A stretch of DNA of 64,000 nucleotides, from the NCBI GenBank assembly GCA_041658725.1, contig JBAZZQ010000001.1, positions 96,938 through 160,937 on the forward strand. The letters are read 5' to 3'. Origin of the DNA: Phycisphaerae bacterium (lineage in GTDB: Bacteria; Planctomycetota; Phycisphaerae; JAAYCJ01). Below the pieces are notes generated by a model. The model saw only the letters and a list, made by a program, of their open reading frames with translations, was not told where the DNA came from and ran no database searches. This document shows positions 9,735 through 18,791 of this stretch, one piece after another (positions within the stretch are counted from its first letter, which is position 1; each line of letters starts with the position of its first letter). The position numbers and the translations under genes were made by a program.

Positions 9735-10109
9735 CTACAATGATTCCTTTCGTTATACTACCCTGCGCAACGCGGTTCGTGCAGACGTTTATTTTTTTGA
9801 ATCCAACCGTATTAGGATTGGCTCCCAAAAAGCTCTTTGAAAAGTAAATCTACGTCATAAGGCTGAAAATATCAATAGCTTTAAAGTTTAATAGTGCACT
9901 TCTGATAAAGTTCACAAACTCAATGAGGTAAAATAAAAAATCGTCACATTTTTCACAGTTTCTTTTTTTTATGCTTTAGATTGTTACTTTTTTCACAGTG
10001 CGTGTTTTTGTCGATTTAGGCTTGTGACCTGAAAGTGACAGGATTTCCAAAAATGACTCAGCTTTTGATCCTTCGAAATGCATAGGCACAATGTTGTATG
10101 CCCCTTCAT

Positions 10110-10215
10110 TTTGCAGAATCGATAACCGTTGTGCCACGGCCGGCTTGTCCAGCCGTATCTTTAAAGAGCACGGCCGGACAAGCCGACCGTGGCACAATAG
10201 GAGCTGAACGGTTAC
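10110..10215. repeat. Palindromic intergenic element, copy C, in the 520-bp gap upstream of the hydrogenase structural genes
   Basis: taaccgttgtgccacggccggcttgtccagccgt...acggccggacaagccgaccgtggcacaataggagctgaacggttac. Arms are reverse-complementary and closely related to copy A. Confidence 0.6.
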
Positions 10216-10255
10216 CGGAATAGATCATCATATTGATAACTTTTTTTCGAAAGAA

Positions 10256-10801
10256 ATGGAGATTAAGATGAGCGGTGAAAAATGCAAATGCGCGTGTAGC
10301 CAGGAAGTATCGGAAGAGCAGCTTCTGACCCGGCTTGACGAGGTGCTCACTGAGTATCACGACAAGCCTGGGGCGCTGATTCCCGTGCTGCAGATTGCCC
10401 AGGGCATTTTCGGGTATCTGCCCGAATCGGCCCTCAAGCGGATCAGCCTGGGATTGAACAAGTCGTACAGCGAAGTGGCAGGCGTGGTGGGATTTTATTC
10501 CTTTTTCTCGACCGTTCCCCGCGGTAAACACCTGATTCGTGTTTGCCTGGGAACCGCCTGTTATGTTCGCGGTGGAAAGCGCGTTTTGGATGTCCTTAAA
10601 CAAAAATTGGGAATCGACGTTGGTGGAACGACACCGGACCGGATATTTTCACTTGATGTCGCACGGTGTTTCGGTGCGTGCGGATTGGCTCCGGCGATCA
10701 GCATCGACGACGAAGTCCACCAGCGGGTCAAACCTACCAAAATTAACGAAATCCTCGATCAATACCGCGATAAAGACGCGGCAGATCAGAAGGGAGCATA
10801 A
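10256..10801 (+). CDS. hydC: NuoE-like thioredoxin-fold [2Fe-2S] subunit of NADH-dependent [FeFe] hydrogenase (HydC-type)
   Basis: CLGTACYVRGGKRVLD...ARCFGACGLAP. This has the Cys spacing and flanking sequence of NuoE/HoxE/HydC. Confidence 0.8.
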   Translation: MEIKMSGEKCKCACSQEVSEEQLLTRLDEVLTEYHDKPGALIPVLQIAQGIFGYLPESALKRISLGLNKSYSEVAGVVGFYSFFSTVPRGKHLIRVCLGTACYVRGGKRVLDVLKQKLGIDVGGTTPDRIFSLDVARCFGACGLAPAISIDDEVHQRVKPTKINEILDQYRDKDAADQKGA

Positions 10802-10803
10802 TC

Positions 10804-11169
10804 ATGGATAACAAAATCAAAAGTCCAGCCGATTTAAAAAATCTTAGAGACAAACTTAAAAGCACCACCGATCTTCGCCAGGGTCCCAAGGAGATTCAGA
10901 TTACCGTTCACATGGGCACGTGCGGGATCGCGGCTGGGGCGAGAGACGTCCTCCAGCAGTTGGCCTCGGAATTAGGCCAGGCCGGTTTGGATAATGTGAC
11001 ACTACGAAATTCCGGCTGCATCGGTCTGTGTGATCGTGAACCGATGATATCCATGATCGACAAGAACGGCGAACAATTCCGCTATGGCAAGCTAGATCGA
11101 AACAAGGTGCATGAAATCGTTCAGAAACATCTGATTAATAACGAACCTGTATTGCAATATACCGTTTAG
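10804..11169 (+). CDS. Small thioredoxin-like [2Fe-2S] ferredoxin (HydD/HndB-like)
   Basis: 121 aa. ITVHMGTCGIAAGARDV...NSGCIGLCDREPM. Confidence 0.7.
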   Translation: MDNKIKSPADLKNLRDKLKSTTDLRQGPKEIQITVHMGTCGIAAGARDVLQQLASELGQAGLDNVTLRNSGCIGLCDREPMISMIDKNGEQFRYGKLDRNKVHEIVQKHLINNEPVLQYTV

Positions 11170-11183
11170 GAGACGAAACAAAA

Positions 11184-14100
11184 ATGGACAACAATATAAG
11201 AACTCACATTCTCGTTTGTGCCGGGGCGGGGTGCGTGGCTTCGGGGTCGCTCGAAGTCAGTGCCGCCTTGCAGGAGTCCCTGGAACGTCAGGGTTTGTCG
11301 GGTGAAACCAAAGTGATCGAAACCGGCTGTCTGGGCCCCTGTGCCGTCGGACCTGTGGCTGTCGTGTATCCCGATGGAATCTTTTACCAGAACGTCAAAC
11401 CCGCCGACGCCGAGGAAATCGTCAAAGAACATATTTTAAAGGGCAGGGTCGTGGAACGGCTGGTTCGCAAGGACAACGACGGTTCAAAGGCCATCCCGGC
11501 GCTCAACCAGATCGACTTTTTCAACGGTCAGCAGCGAATCGTTTTACGCAATTGCGGATTGATCGATCCCTTGCGAATTGAGGAATACATTACCCGCGAC
11601 GGTTATCAGGCCTTGGCGAAGGTCCTGACGGAAATGACTCCGGAGCAGGTTACCGATGTGGTAAAAAAATCCGGCCTTCGCGGCAGAGGCGGGGCGGGTT
11701 TTTCCACGGGTCTCAAGTGGGAATTCACACGAAAGGCCAAAGGCGAACGAAAATTTGTTTTGTGTAACGCCGATGAAGGCGATCCCGGCGCGTTCATGGA
11801 CCGAAGCGTCCTGGAAGGTGATCCGCACAGCGTGATCGAAGCTATGGCCATCGCCGCTTTCGCAATCGGAGCTCATCAGGGGTTTGTGTATGTTCGAGCG
11901 GAATATCCGCTGGCGGTCAGACGACTCGGTGTCGCTCTGGAACAAGCGCGGGACTTTGGATTGCTCGGCAAAAATATCATGGGCACGGGATTTGATTTCG
12001 ATCTGGAAATCCGAATGGGTTCCGGAGCGTTTGTCTGCGGTGAGGAAACGGCTCTGATGACTTCGATTGAAGGTCATCGCGGTGAACCGCGTCCTCGTCC
12101 GCCGTTCCCGGCCAACAAGGGTCTCTGGGGTATGCCCAGTTTGCTTAATAACGTCGAAACTTATGCCAATATTCCCGTCATTATTCTTAAAGGCGCGGAA
12201 TGGTTCGCATCAATCGGGACCGCCAAGAGCAAGGGCACGAAAGTCTTCGCCCTCGCCGGTGCCGTCAATAATACCGGATTGGTCGAAGTTCCCATCGGAA
12301 TGCCGCTCGGTCAGATTATTTATGATATCGGCGGTGGAATCCCCAACGGTAAAAAATTCAAAGCCGCCCAGATCGGCGGACCCTCCGGCGGATGTATCCC
12401 GAAAGAATATTTGAACGTTCCGGTCGATTATGAATCGCTGAACGAACTCGGCGCGATCATGGGTTCAGGCGGATTGATCGTCATGGACGAAGACACCTGC
12501 ATGGTCGATATGGCTCGGTTCTTCCTCGATTTTGTCCAGGATGAATCGTGCGGAAAGTGTCCCCCCTGCCGCATCGGGACCAAACGCATGTTGGAAATCG
12601 TCAACCGCATCTGCGAAGGCCAGGGCGAGGAAGGCGATATCGAAAAATTGATTTCTCTGGGTAATCAGATCAAAGATACCGCTTTGTGCGGCTTGGGCCA
12701 GACGGCGCCAAATCCGGTGCTTTCGACCATTCGCCATTTCCGGCATGAATACGAGGCCCATATCCGTCAGAAGAAATGTCCCGCTGGAGTTTGCGCCGCG
12801 TTCGTCCGGGCTCCTTGCCAAAACGCCTGTCCGGCGGGTGTGGATATTCCCGGCTATGTTTCACTCATCGGCGAAGGACGATACACCGAAGCTTTGAAAT
12901 TACATCGCGAGCGAAATCCATTCGCCGCCGTCTGCTCGCGCGTTTGTTTCCATACCTGCGAAGACAAATGCCGAAGGTCCGCTGTGGACGAATCGGTTTC
13001 CATCCGCGGTCTGAAGCGTTTCATGGTCGAGCAGGAAGTCGATACCCAATTACCGGAAATTCTTCAAAACGACCAAAACGCGAAACGCAAGATTGCGATC
13101 ATCGGAGGAGGGCCTGCGGGTCTGACCTGTGCTTATTTCCTGGCTCGATTGGGCTATAAGCCGAAAGTTTTTGAATCCGAAAATCGGGCTGGCGGAATGC
13201 TGGTCCAGACTATTCCCGCTTATCGGCTGCCTCGTCAGGAACTCGACCGGGAAATCCGGATGATCGAGAAAATGGGAGTAACCATTCAGACCAACGCCCG
13301 GCTGGGAAAAGATTTTACCCTCAAGAGTTTGCGTGATGAAGGATACGAAGCCGTATTCCTCGCCTGCGGCGCGCCGAATGGAAGCCTGCTCGGTATTCCC
13401 GGAGAAAAAGCCACCGGCGTGATCGACGCCATCGGAATGCTCCGCGAATATAACTTGACGGGTAACACCAAAGTCGGACAAAACGTGGTTGTGGTCGGAG
13501 GCGGAAACGCCGCTATCGACGCCGCACGCTGTGCCGTTCGGTTGGGTGCCAAAAGCGTAACTGTCGTCTACCGGCGAACCCGGGCGGAAATGCCCGCCTA
13601 CGCAGAAGAAATCGACGAGGCCCAGCGGGAAGGGGTTCATCTGAACGTCCTGGTCGCTCCGGTGGAAGTCGTCAGCGAATACGGGCACGTAACAGGAATT
13701 AAGTGCCGACGAATGGCGCTGGGCGAATTTGATAAAACCGGTCGCCGAAGTCCGACGGCCAGCGGGCAGGAAGATTTTGTTATCCCCGCCGATCAAATCA
13801 TCGCCGCCATCGGGCAAAGCCTCGATCCGAAGGAATTCTGTGACGGCGTGGAAGTAAAGTTGAACAAACGCCAATATATCGACGTCAATCCGATCAACGG
13901 TCAAACGTCCGTCGAATGGATTTTCGCCGGTGGTGACGTCGCCAGCGGACCTTCCTCGGTCGCCGAGGCCGTCGGAGGTGGAGAACGAGCCGCCGTCGCG
14001 ATCGACCAGTTCCTGACCGGTCAAATCCACGCCTTCTGGCGAGCCGAAACGGCGGTCGATACCTTCTTTGATCCCGATGCCGACGCGGTCCAATATGCCC

Positions 14101-14234
14101 GAGCCAAGATGAGGCTTCTACCCGTCACCAAGCGAAAATGTAATTTCGCGGAAGTTGAATTGACGTGGGAAGAATCCACAGCAGTACGCGAGGCCAAGCG
14201 ATGCCTGCGTTGTGATTATAGAGAAAGTTCATAA
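11184..14234 (+). CDS. hydB: NuoF-like flavoprotein subunit of [FeFe] hydrogenase (HydB-type: N-terminal 2Fe-2S, FMN/NADH site, 4Fe-4S, 2x[4Fe-4S] ferredoxin) fused to a C-terminal GltD/NfnB-like FAD/NAD(P)H pyridine-nucleotide oxidoreductase domain
   Basis: 1016 aa, organised as:
- residues 1-90: thioredoxin-like 2Fe-2S (CAGAGC...CLGPCAVGP).
- NuoF core: GRGGAGFSTGLKWEF, CNADEGDPGAF, ESCGKCPPCRIG.
- ferredoxin cluster motifs: CPAGVCAAF...CQNACPAGVDIP.
- from ~residue 630: IAIIGGGPAGLTCAYFLARLGY...VVVGGGNAAIDAAR...AGGDV, typical of glutamate-synthase small-subunit-like proteins. Confidence 0.85.
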   Translation: MDNNIRTHILVCAGAGCVASGSLEVSAALQESLERQGLSGETKVIETGCLGPCAVGPVAVVYPDGIFYQNVKPADAEEIVKEHILKGRVVERLVRKDNDGSKAIPALNQIDFFNGQQRIVLRNCGLIDPLRIEEYITRDGYQALAKVLTEMTPEQVTDVVKKSGLRGRGGAGFSTGLKWEFTRKAKGERKFVLCNADEGDPGAFMDRSVLEGDPHSVIEAMAIAAFAIGAHQGFVYVRAEYPLAVRRLGVALEQARDFGLLGKNIMGTGFDFDLEIRMGSGAFVCGEETALMTSIEGHRGEPRPRPPFPANKGLWGMPSLLNNVETYANIPVIILKGAEWFASIGTAKSKGTKVFALAGAVNNTGLVEVPIGMPLGQIIYDIGGGIPNGKKFKAAQIGGPSGGCIPKEYLNVPVDYESLNELGAIMGSGGLIVMDEDTCMVDMARFFLDFVQDESCGKCPPCRIGTKRMLEIVNRICEGQGEEGDIEKLISLGNQIKDTALCGLGQTAPNPVLSTIRHFRHEYEAHIRQKKCPAGVCAAFVRAPCQNACPAGVDIPGYVSLIGEGRYTEALKLHRERNPFAAVCSRVCFHTCEDKCRRSAVDESVSIRGLKRFMVEQEVDTQLPEILQNDQNAKRKIAIIGGGPAGLTCAYFLARLGYKPKVFESENRAGGMLVQTIPAYRLPRQELDREIRMIEKMGVTIQTNARLGKDFTLKSLRDEGYEAVFLACGAPNGSLLGIPGEKATGVIDAIGMLREYNLTGNTKVGQNVVVVGGGNAAIDAARCAVRLGAKSVTVVYRRTRAEMPAYAEEIDEAQREGVHLNVLVAPVEVVSEYGHVTGIKCRRMALGEFDKTGRRSPTASGQEDFVIPADQIIAAIGQSLDPKEFCDGVEVKLNKRQYIDVNPINGQTSVEWIFAGGDVASGPSSVAEAVGGGERAAVAIDQFLTGQIHAFWRAETAVDTFFDPDADAVQYARAKMRLLPVTKRKCNFAEVELTWEESTAVREAKRCLRCDYRESS

Positions 14235-14350
14235 AAATGGTTTCGACTCGTCCCCTGTGGCAGCAGGGGGTTCCTGAAGAACCCCCGACTACCGTCGGGG
14301 GCTAGTTATGAGATTGTGAAACCGGAGTAAATAACAAGGAGTTATAAAAA

Positions 14351-16123
14351 ATGCCGAAATTAACTATTAACAATATCGAAGTCCAGGCTCCCGAAGGAGT
14401 CTCTATTCTTGAAGCCGCCAAACAAGCAGGCGTCAGGATTCCCACACTCTGCTACCTTGAAAAAGTCCAGGCTATCGGCGCCTGCCGAGTCTGCCTGGTG
14501 GAAGTCGAAGGCGCGAAAACTCTCGTCGCCTCCTGCGTCATGCCGGTCGCGGAAGGGATGAAAGTCCAAACCAACACCAAGCGTGTCCGCGACGCCCGGC
14601 GAACGGTGGTCGAACTGTTGCTGTCCGATCACGACGGCGAGTGCCAAACCTGCGACCGCAACGACGATTGCGAGCTCCAGGCCCTTGCCCGTGAATTGGG
14701 GATACGCGAAATCACTTATCCCGGAGAAAAGAGCAAAAGCGTCATTGATACCAGCACGCCTGCCCTCGTCCGCGATACGGGAAAATGCATCCTGTGCCGG
14801 CGATGCGTAACCGTTTGCGGGACCACACAGGGAGTAGCGGCACTATTCCCGCAAAACCGCGGTTTCAAAACGGTGGTCGGACCCGCATTCTGCTCCGAGC
14901 TTAAAGACGTCGTATGCGTTCAGTGCGGACAGTGCGGCGCTGTTTGCCCAGTCGGGTCCATCGGCGAAAATGATCAGATCGCGGAAGTCTGGGCGGCATT
15001 GGACGATCCGAGCAAGCATGTGGTCGTTCAAACCGCACCCGCCATTCGGGCTGCTTTGGGCGAATGCTTCGGCCTACCCGCAGGAACGCTGGTAACCGGA
15101 AAAATGGTTTCCGCCCTTCGACGGCTTGGATTTGACGCTGTGTTCGATACCAACTTCACAGCCGACCTGACGATCATGGAAGAAGGCACTGAACTGCTGA
15201 CGCGGCTTCAAAAAGCACTGGTCAAAAAGGAAGAAGTAGCCCTTCCCATGTTCACCAGTTGCTCGCCAGGATGGATCAAATTCATGGAACACTTTTACCC
15301 GGACATGCTGCCGAATCTCTCTACGTGTAAATCCCCGCAGCAGATGTTCGGCGCTGTTGCAAAGACCTATTACGCGAAAAAATTAAATAAACGCCCCGAG
15401 GATATTTTTGTCGTTTCGATCATGCCCTGCACCGCCAAGAAATTCGAGTGCCAGCGGCCGGAAATGAATGACAGCGGTGTCCGCGATGTCGATGTGGTTT
15501 TGACGACCCGCGAACTCGGACGGATGATTAAGCAGGCGGGAATTGATTTCGTGTCTCTGCCCGATGACAAGATGGACGCTCCTCTGGGCTTGTCGTCAGG
15601 GGCCGCCGATATTTTCGCCAACACGGGCGGCGTTATGGAAGCGGCATTGCGAACCGCGTATGAAATCATTACGGGTAGAACTTTGCCCTTCGATAACCTT
15701 CACGTCCAGCCCATCGCCGGTCTTGATGGTGTTAAAGAAGCAGCCCTTACGATTACAGGAACCAAACCCGAATGGTCCTTCCTCGAAGGGGCGATTGTGA
15801 AAATCGCCGTCGCGCATGGCCTGGGCAATGCCCGCAGTATCATCGAGCGAATTCGATCCGGCCAGGCGCAGTATCACTTTATCGAAGTGATGACCTGTCC
15901 GGGCGGATGCATCGGCGGCGGCGGTCAGCCGAGAGTAACCACCGACGAGGTCCGAAAGGCCAGGATCGCCGCGATCTACCGCGAGGATGAAGGCAAAAAA
16001 ATGCGAAAATCCCACGAGAACGCGGAAGTAAAACAGATTTATGAGGAATTCCTGGGTCGTCCCCTCGGTGAAAAATCGCATCACCTGCTGCACACCAAGT
16101 ACATCGTCCGTGAGCGGGTGTAA
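14351..16123 (+). CDS. hydA: [FeFe]-hydrogenase catalytic subunit HydA (M3, CpI-like architecture) with atypical L1 motif
   Basis: 590 aa. N-terminal 2Fe-2S (CYLEKVQAIGACRVC), accessory FeS motifs (CQTCDRNDDC, CILCRRCVTVC, CVQCGQCGAVCP). H-cluster motifs L2 (MPCTAKKFE) and L3 (EVMTCPGGCIGGGGQP) are canonical, but L1 reads TSCSPGW rather than TSCCPxW. Confidence 0.85.
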   Translation: MPKLTINNIEVQAPEGVSILEAAKQAGVRIPTLCYLEKVQAIGACRVCLVEVEGAKTLVASCVMPVAEGMKVQTNTKRVRDARRTVVELLLSDHDGECQTCDRNDDCELQALARELGIREITYPGEKSKSVIDTSTPALVRDTGKCILCRRCVTVCGTTQGVAALFPQNRGFKTVVGPAFCSELKDVVCVQCGQCGAVCPVGSIGENDQIAEVWAALDDPSKHVVVQTAPAIRAALGECFGLPAGTLVTGKMVSALRRLGFDAVFDTNFTADLTIMEEGTELLTRLQKALVKKEEVALPMFTSCSPGWIKFMEHFYPDMLPNLSTCKSPQQMFGAVAKTYYAKKLNKRPEDIFVVSIMPCTAKKFECQRPEMNDSGVRDVDVVLTTRELGRMIKQAGIDFVSLPDDKMDAPLGLSSGAADIFANTGGVMEAALRTAYEIITGRTLPFDNLHVQPIAGLDGVKEAALTITGTKPEWSFLEGAIVKIAVAHGLGNARSIIERIRSGQAQYHFIEVMTCPGGCIGGGGQPRVTTDEVRKARIAAIYREDEGKKMRKSHENAEVKQIYEEFLGRPLGEKSHHLLHTKYIVRERV

Positions 16124-16156
16124 AAATAGGCGGTAACTGGACAGAAGATTTTTTTA

Positions 16157-16232
16157 CCACGAATTGCATGGCCGGCACGAATAGACTATAATAAGTTCGT
16201 GCCAGGCTGTGTAATTCGTGGTTTCTTTTTGG
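16157..16232 (+). terminator. Rho-independent terminator after hydA (nested hairpin plus T-run)
   Basis: ccacgaattgc...ggcacgaatagactataataagttcgtgcc...gtaattcgtgg followed by tttcttttt. Confidence 0.65.
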
Positions 16233-16244
16233 ATTAAATGATCG

Positions 16245-16652
16245 ATGCAAAAAAAACTGCCCCTAATTCTTCTGATCGACGACGACCCGGACTTTACTGC
16301 GATGAACAAACTCATGCTTGAATCCAACGGGTATCGTATCCTTTGTACCCACGATTCGCGGGAGGCTTTAAAAAAGATGGCAGAGGATAAACCTTCACTG
16401 GTCATTACCGATTTAATGATGCAAAATCTGGATTCAGGGTTCGCTTTTTCCCGTCAGATGAAGCAGGACCCGCGATTCAAAGATATCCCGGTCATCATTC
16501 TGACCTCGGTCAGCAGTCAGCATGGATTTGATTTTCATCCGCGGAGCGGCGAGGAACTTTCCGCTATGAACGCCGACGCCTTTTTTGAAAAACCGATTTC
16601 CTCTAAAATCCTTCTCAAAAAAGTCGAGGAACTTATCAAACGAAATATTTAA
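16245..16652 (+). CDS. Single-domain response regulator (CheY-like receiver)
   Basis: LILLIDDDPDF...LVITDLMMQNLDSGFAF...IPVIILTS is a canonical REC domain with no output domain. Confidence 0.7.
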   Translation: MQKKLPLILLIDDDPDFTAMNKLMLESNGYRILCTHDSREALKKMAEDKPSLVITDLMMQNLDSGFAFSRQMKQDPRFKDIPVIILTSVSSQHGFDFHPRSGEELSAMNADAFFEKPISSKILLKKVEELIKRNI

Positions 16653-17412
16653 CCGCGTTTGTGAAAATTTTCATTCCACTGGATTTTTTTTGCTTTGCGT
16701 TTTTGTCAGGATTTTGTGTCGGGTCGATGTGTCGTTCCGGATGCGGCATGAGGCCGAAGATTTTTCCGCTGGGGTCGCAAATTCCGGCGATATCATCGAC
16801 CGATCCATTGGGGTTGATCGGAAAGGGGCCGGGTTGGCCGTGGTCGTCGACGTAACGAAAAACAATTTGATCTTTCTGTCGCAACTGATCGAGAATTTCA
16901 TTATCGCGGGGAATAAACTTTCCCTCGCCGTGCGCGACAGGCAGATAAATCATTTCTCCGGACTTGATGAACGCGCATTTTCGGCTGAAGGATTTTAGCC
17001 AGACCCAACGATCTTCATATTTTCCGCTGTCGTTATCGCTGAGGGTGAGTTTCTGTGAAAAGTCGCCTTTAAGTTCCGGCTGGGGAAGGAGGCCCGCTTT
17101 GACCAGGACTTGAAACCCATTGCAAATTCCGAGCACGAGTTTGTCGCCCTGCACAAATTCGGAAAGTTGCTCGCCAAGCTCATGGCGCAGCCGGACGGCA
17201 AAAATCTTACCTGCCGAGATATCATCCCCGTAACTGAATCCGCCGGGAATGACTAATATCTGGTAATTATCGAGTAGGCGTGGGGAATCGCCCAGACGAT
17301 TGATATGGACGGAATCGACACGGGCACCGGCCTGCTCGAAGGCGAAGACGGTTTCTTTATCGCAATTCGTTCCCGCCGCTCGCAGGACGATGACTCTTAC
17401 ATTTCCGTTGGT
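16636..17412 (-). CDS. purQ: Phosphoribosylformylglycinamidine synthase subunit PurQ (glutaminase)
   Basis: VRVIVLRAAGTNCDKET...VIPGGFSYGDD...LGICNGFQVL...HGEGKF is a class-I glutamine amidotransferase of the PurQ type. Probable start is MTNGNV at 17412 (ORF extends to 17436). Confidence 0.8.
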   Translation of the reverse strand, partial: TNGNVRVIVLRAAGTNCDKETVFAFEQAGARVDSVHINRLGDSPRLLDNYQILVIPGGFSYGDDISAGKIFAVRLRHELGEQLSEFVQGDKLVLGICNGFQVLVKAGLLPQPELKGDFSQKLTLSDNDSGKYEDRWVWLKSFSRKCAFIKSGEMIYLPVAHGEGKFIPRDNEILDQLRQKDQIVFRYVDDHGQPGPFPINPNGSVDDIAGICDPSGKIFGLMPHPERHIDPTQNPDKNAKQKKSSGMKIFTNAVKYFV

Positions 17413-17461
17413 CATAATTACTCCTAAAAAGGGCACACAAACCGGCCCCTACAATCAAAAA

Positions 17462-18073
17462 TTATATCTTTTTTACCGCTACGCGGTAGATGCTTCTTCC
17501 TTCTTTGACAAATTTTGCTTCGTAATTGCTTAAAACCTCATTGCCGGCTGGACTGTCGAATTCGCAGGGGACAAAATTCGGAATCGCGGAAAGATTTGTT
17601 TCGATCTGCTGGAAATATTCCTCGTGGTCGCTGGCGGCGTAAATTTTTCCGCCAGGCATCAAGACGCGGGAAAGGACTTGGCAAAAATCCGGTATAAAGA
17701 GTCTTCGTTTGTGATGCCGTTTTTTCGGCCAGGGGTCTGGAAAATACACGTGAAAGACCGATACGGATTGCGGGGGAAGTTGCCGCATGACAAATTCCCG
17801 GGCGTCTGTTCGGAGCATTTTTACATTGGTCAGGTTCCATCGTCGGATTCTGTCGACGGTATAGCGATAGAATTTGCTGGCCCATTCGATTCCGAGAAAA
17901 TTGTGATCGGGTTTGGTCTGTGCCAGATGCACCATCAGCGTGCCTCTGCCGCAGCCGATCTCGATTTCCACCGGACGGTCATTGCCGAAAATCGTTTTGA
18001 AATCCGCGACCTGGCCGATTTCGTCCGACGGCAAGACGAATTGTTCATCCATGAGCAGAGGAGGTTTTGTCAT
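17462..18073 (-). CDS. trmB: tRNA (guanine46-N7)-methyltransferase TrmB
   Basis: EIEIGCGRGTLMVHLA...FHVYFPDPWPKKRHHKRRL matches the TrmB SAM-MTase signature. Confidence 0.8.
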   Translation of the reverse strand: MTKPPLLMDEQFVLPSDEIGQVADFKTIFGNDRPVEIEIGCGRGTLMVHLAQTKPDHNFLGIEWASKFYRYTVDRIRRWNLTNVKMLRTDAREFVMRQLPPQSVSVFHVYFPDPWPKKRHHKRRLFIPDFCQVLSRVLMPGGKIYAASDHEEYFQQIETNLSAIPNFVPCEFDSPAGNEVLSNYEAKFVKEGRSIYRVAVKKI

Positions 18074-18684
18074 CGATACAATCCTTCCCGGCGGATGTAG
18101 TCTTCGACGGCTGGCGGGACGAGGTATCGGATGCTTTTGCCCGTTTTGACGCGGCTTCGGATATCGTGAGCGGAAATTTCGATCATGGGTGTTCGGATCA
18201 GATTTTTTTGAAGTTTATCAAATTGGGGTTTGTCCAGGTGGTCTTTTATGCCGGATAGGATATCGTTAATTTCAATTCCGCCGCGGTAGGCGGTTACGAT
18301 GTCCACCAGGTCGATGAGCCGCTTGAATTCATACCAGTTCGGCAAATCGCCAAGGTTGTCCGCGCCGATAAGCCAGTGGAGTTTGCTGCCTTCGTAAATT
18401 TTTTGAAAATGCGGCACGGAATTGACAGTATACGTCGGAGCGGTTTGCGATAATTCCCAATCGCTGATTTCGAATTGCGGATTATCCGCCAACGCCAGCC
18501 GGAGCATTTTCATCCGATGTTCACCGGAGGTGACAGGACGATTCTTTTTATGCGGCGGGTTGCCCGAAGGAATAAAAATAACCCGCGCGATCGCCAACTG
18601 CTCCGCCAGAGACTGGGCAATAATCAGGTGCCCCAGGTGTGGAGGATCAAACGTTCCGCCGAACAATCCGATTTTCTGAATCAC
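18070..18684 (-). CDS. nadD: Nicotinate-nucleotide adenylyltransferase NadD
   Basis: IGLFGGTFDPPHLGHL (HxGH nucleotidyltransferase motif) and a conserved NadD C-terminal region. Overlaps trmB by 4 nt. Confidence 0.85.
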   Translation of the reverse strand: MIQKIGLFGGTFDPPHLGHLIIAQSLAEQLAIARVIFIPSGNPPHKKNRPVTSGEHRMKMLRLALADNPQFEISDWELSQTAPTYTVNSVPHFQKIYEGSKLHWLIGADNLGDLPNWYEFKRLIDLVDIVTAYRGGIEINDILSGIKDHLDKPQFDKLQKNLIRTPMIEISAHDIRSRVKTGKSIRYLVPPAVEDYIRREGLYR

Positions 18685-18791
18685 AGGAACCTCACAAGGA
18701 TATTTTAGTTCCCTTTTCTATCATGGCAGGGGTTTAACTTCAAGGATAAGTCACAAAGTGGGAGCAACATGGTCACGAAACCATTTGTGCA

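Noticed and set aside
13050-14093. 347-aa ORF antisense to the NuoF-GltD fusion gene (and 11544-12077, 12465-12821)
   Set aside because: No recognisable domains, and fully embedded in a well-supported CDS. Spurious.
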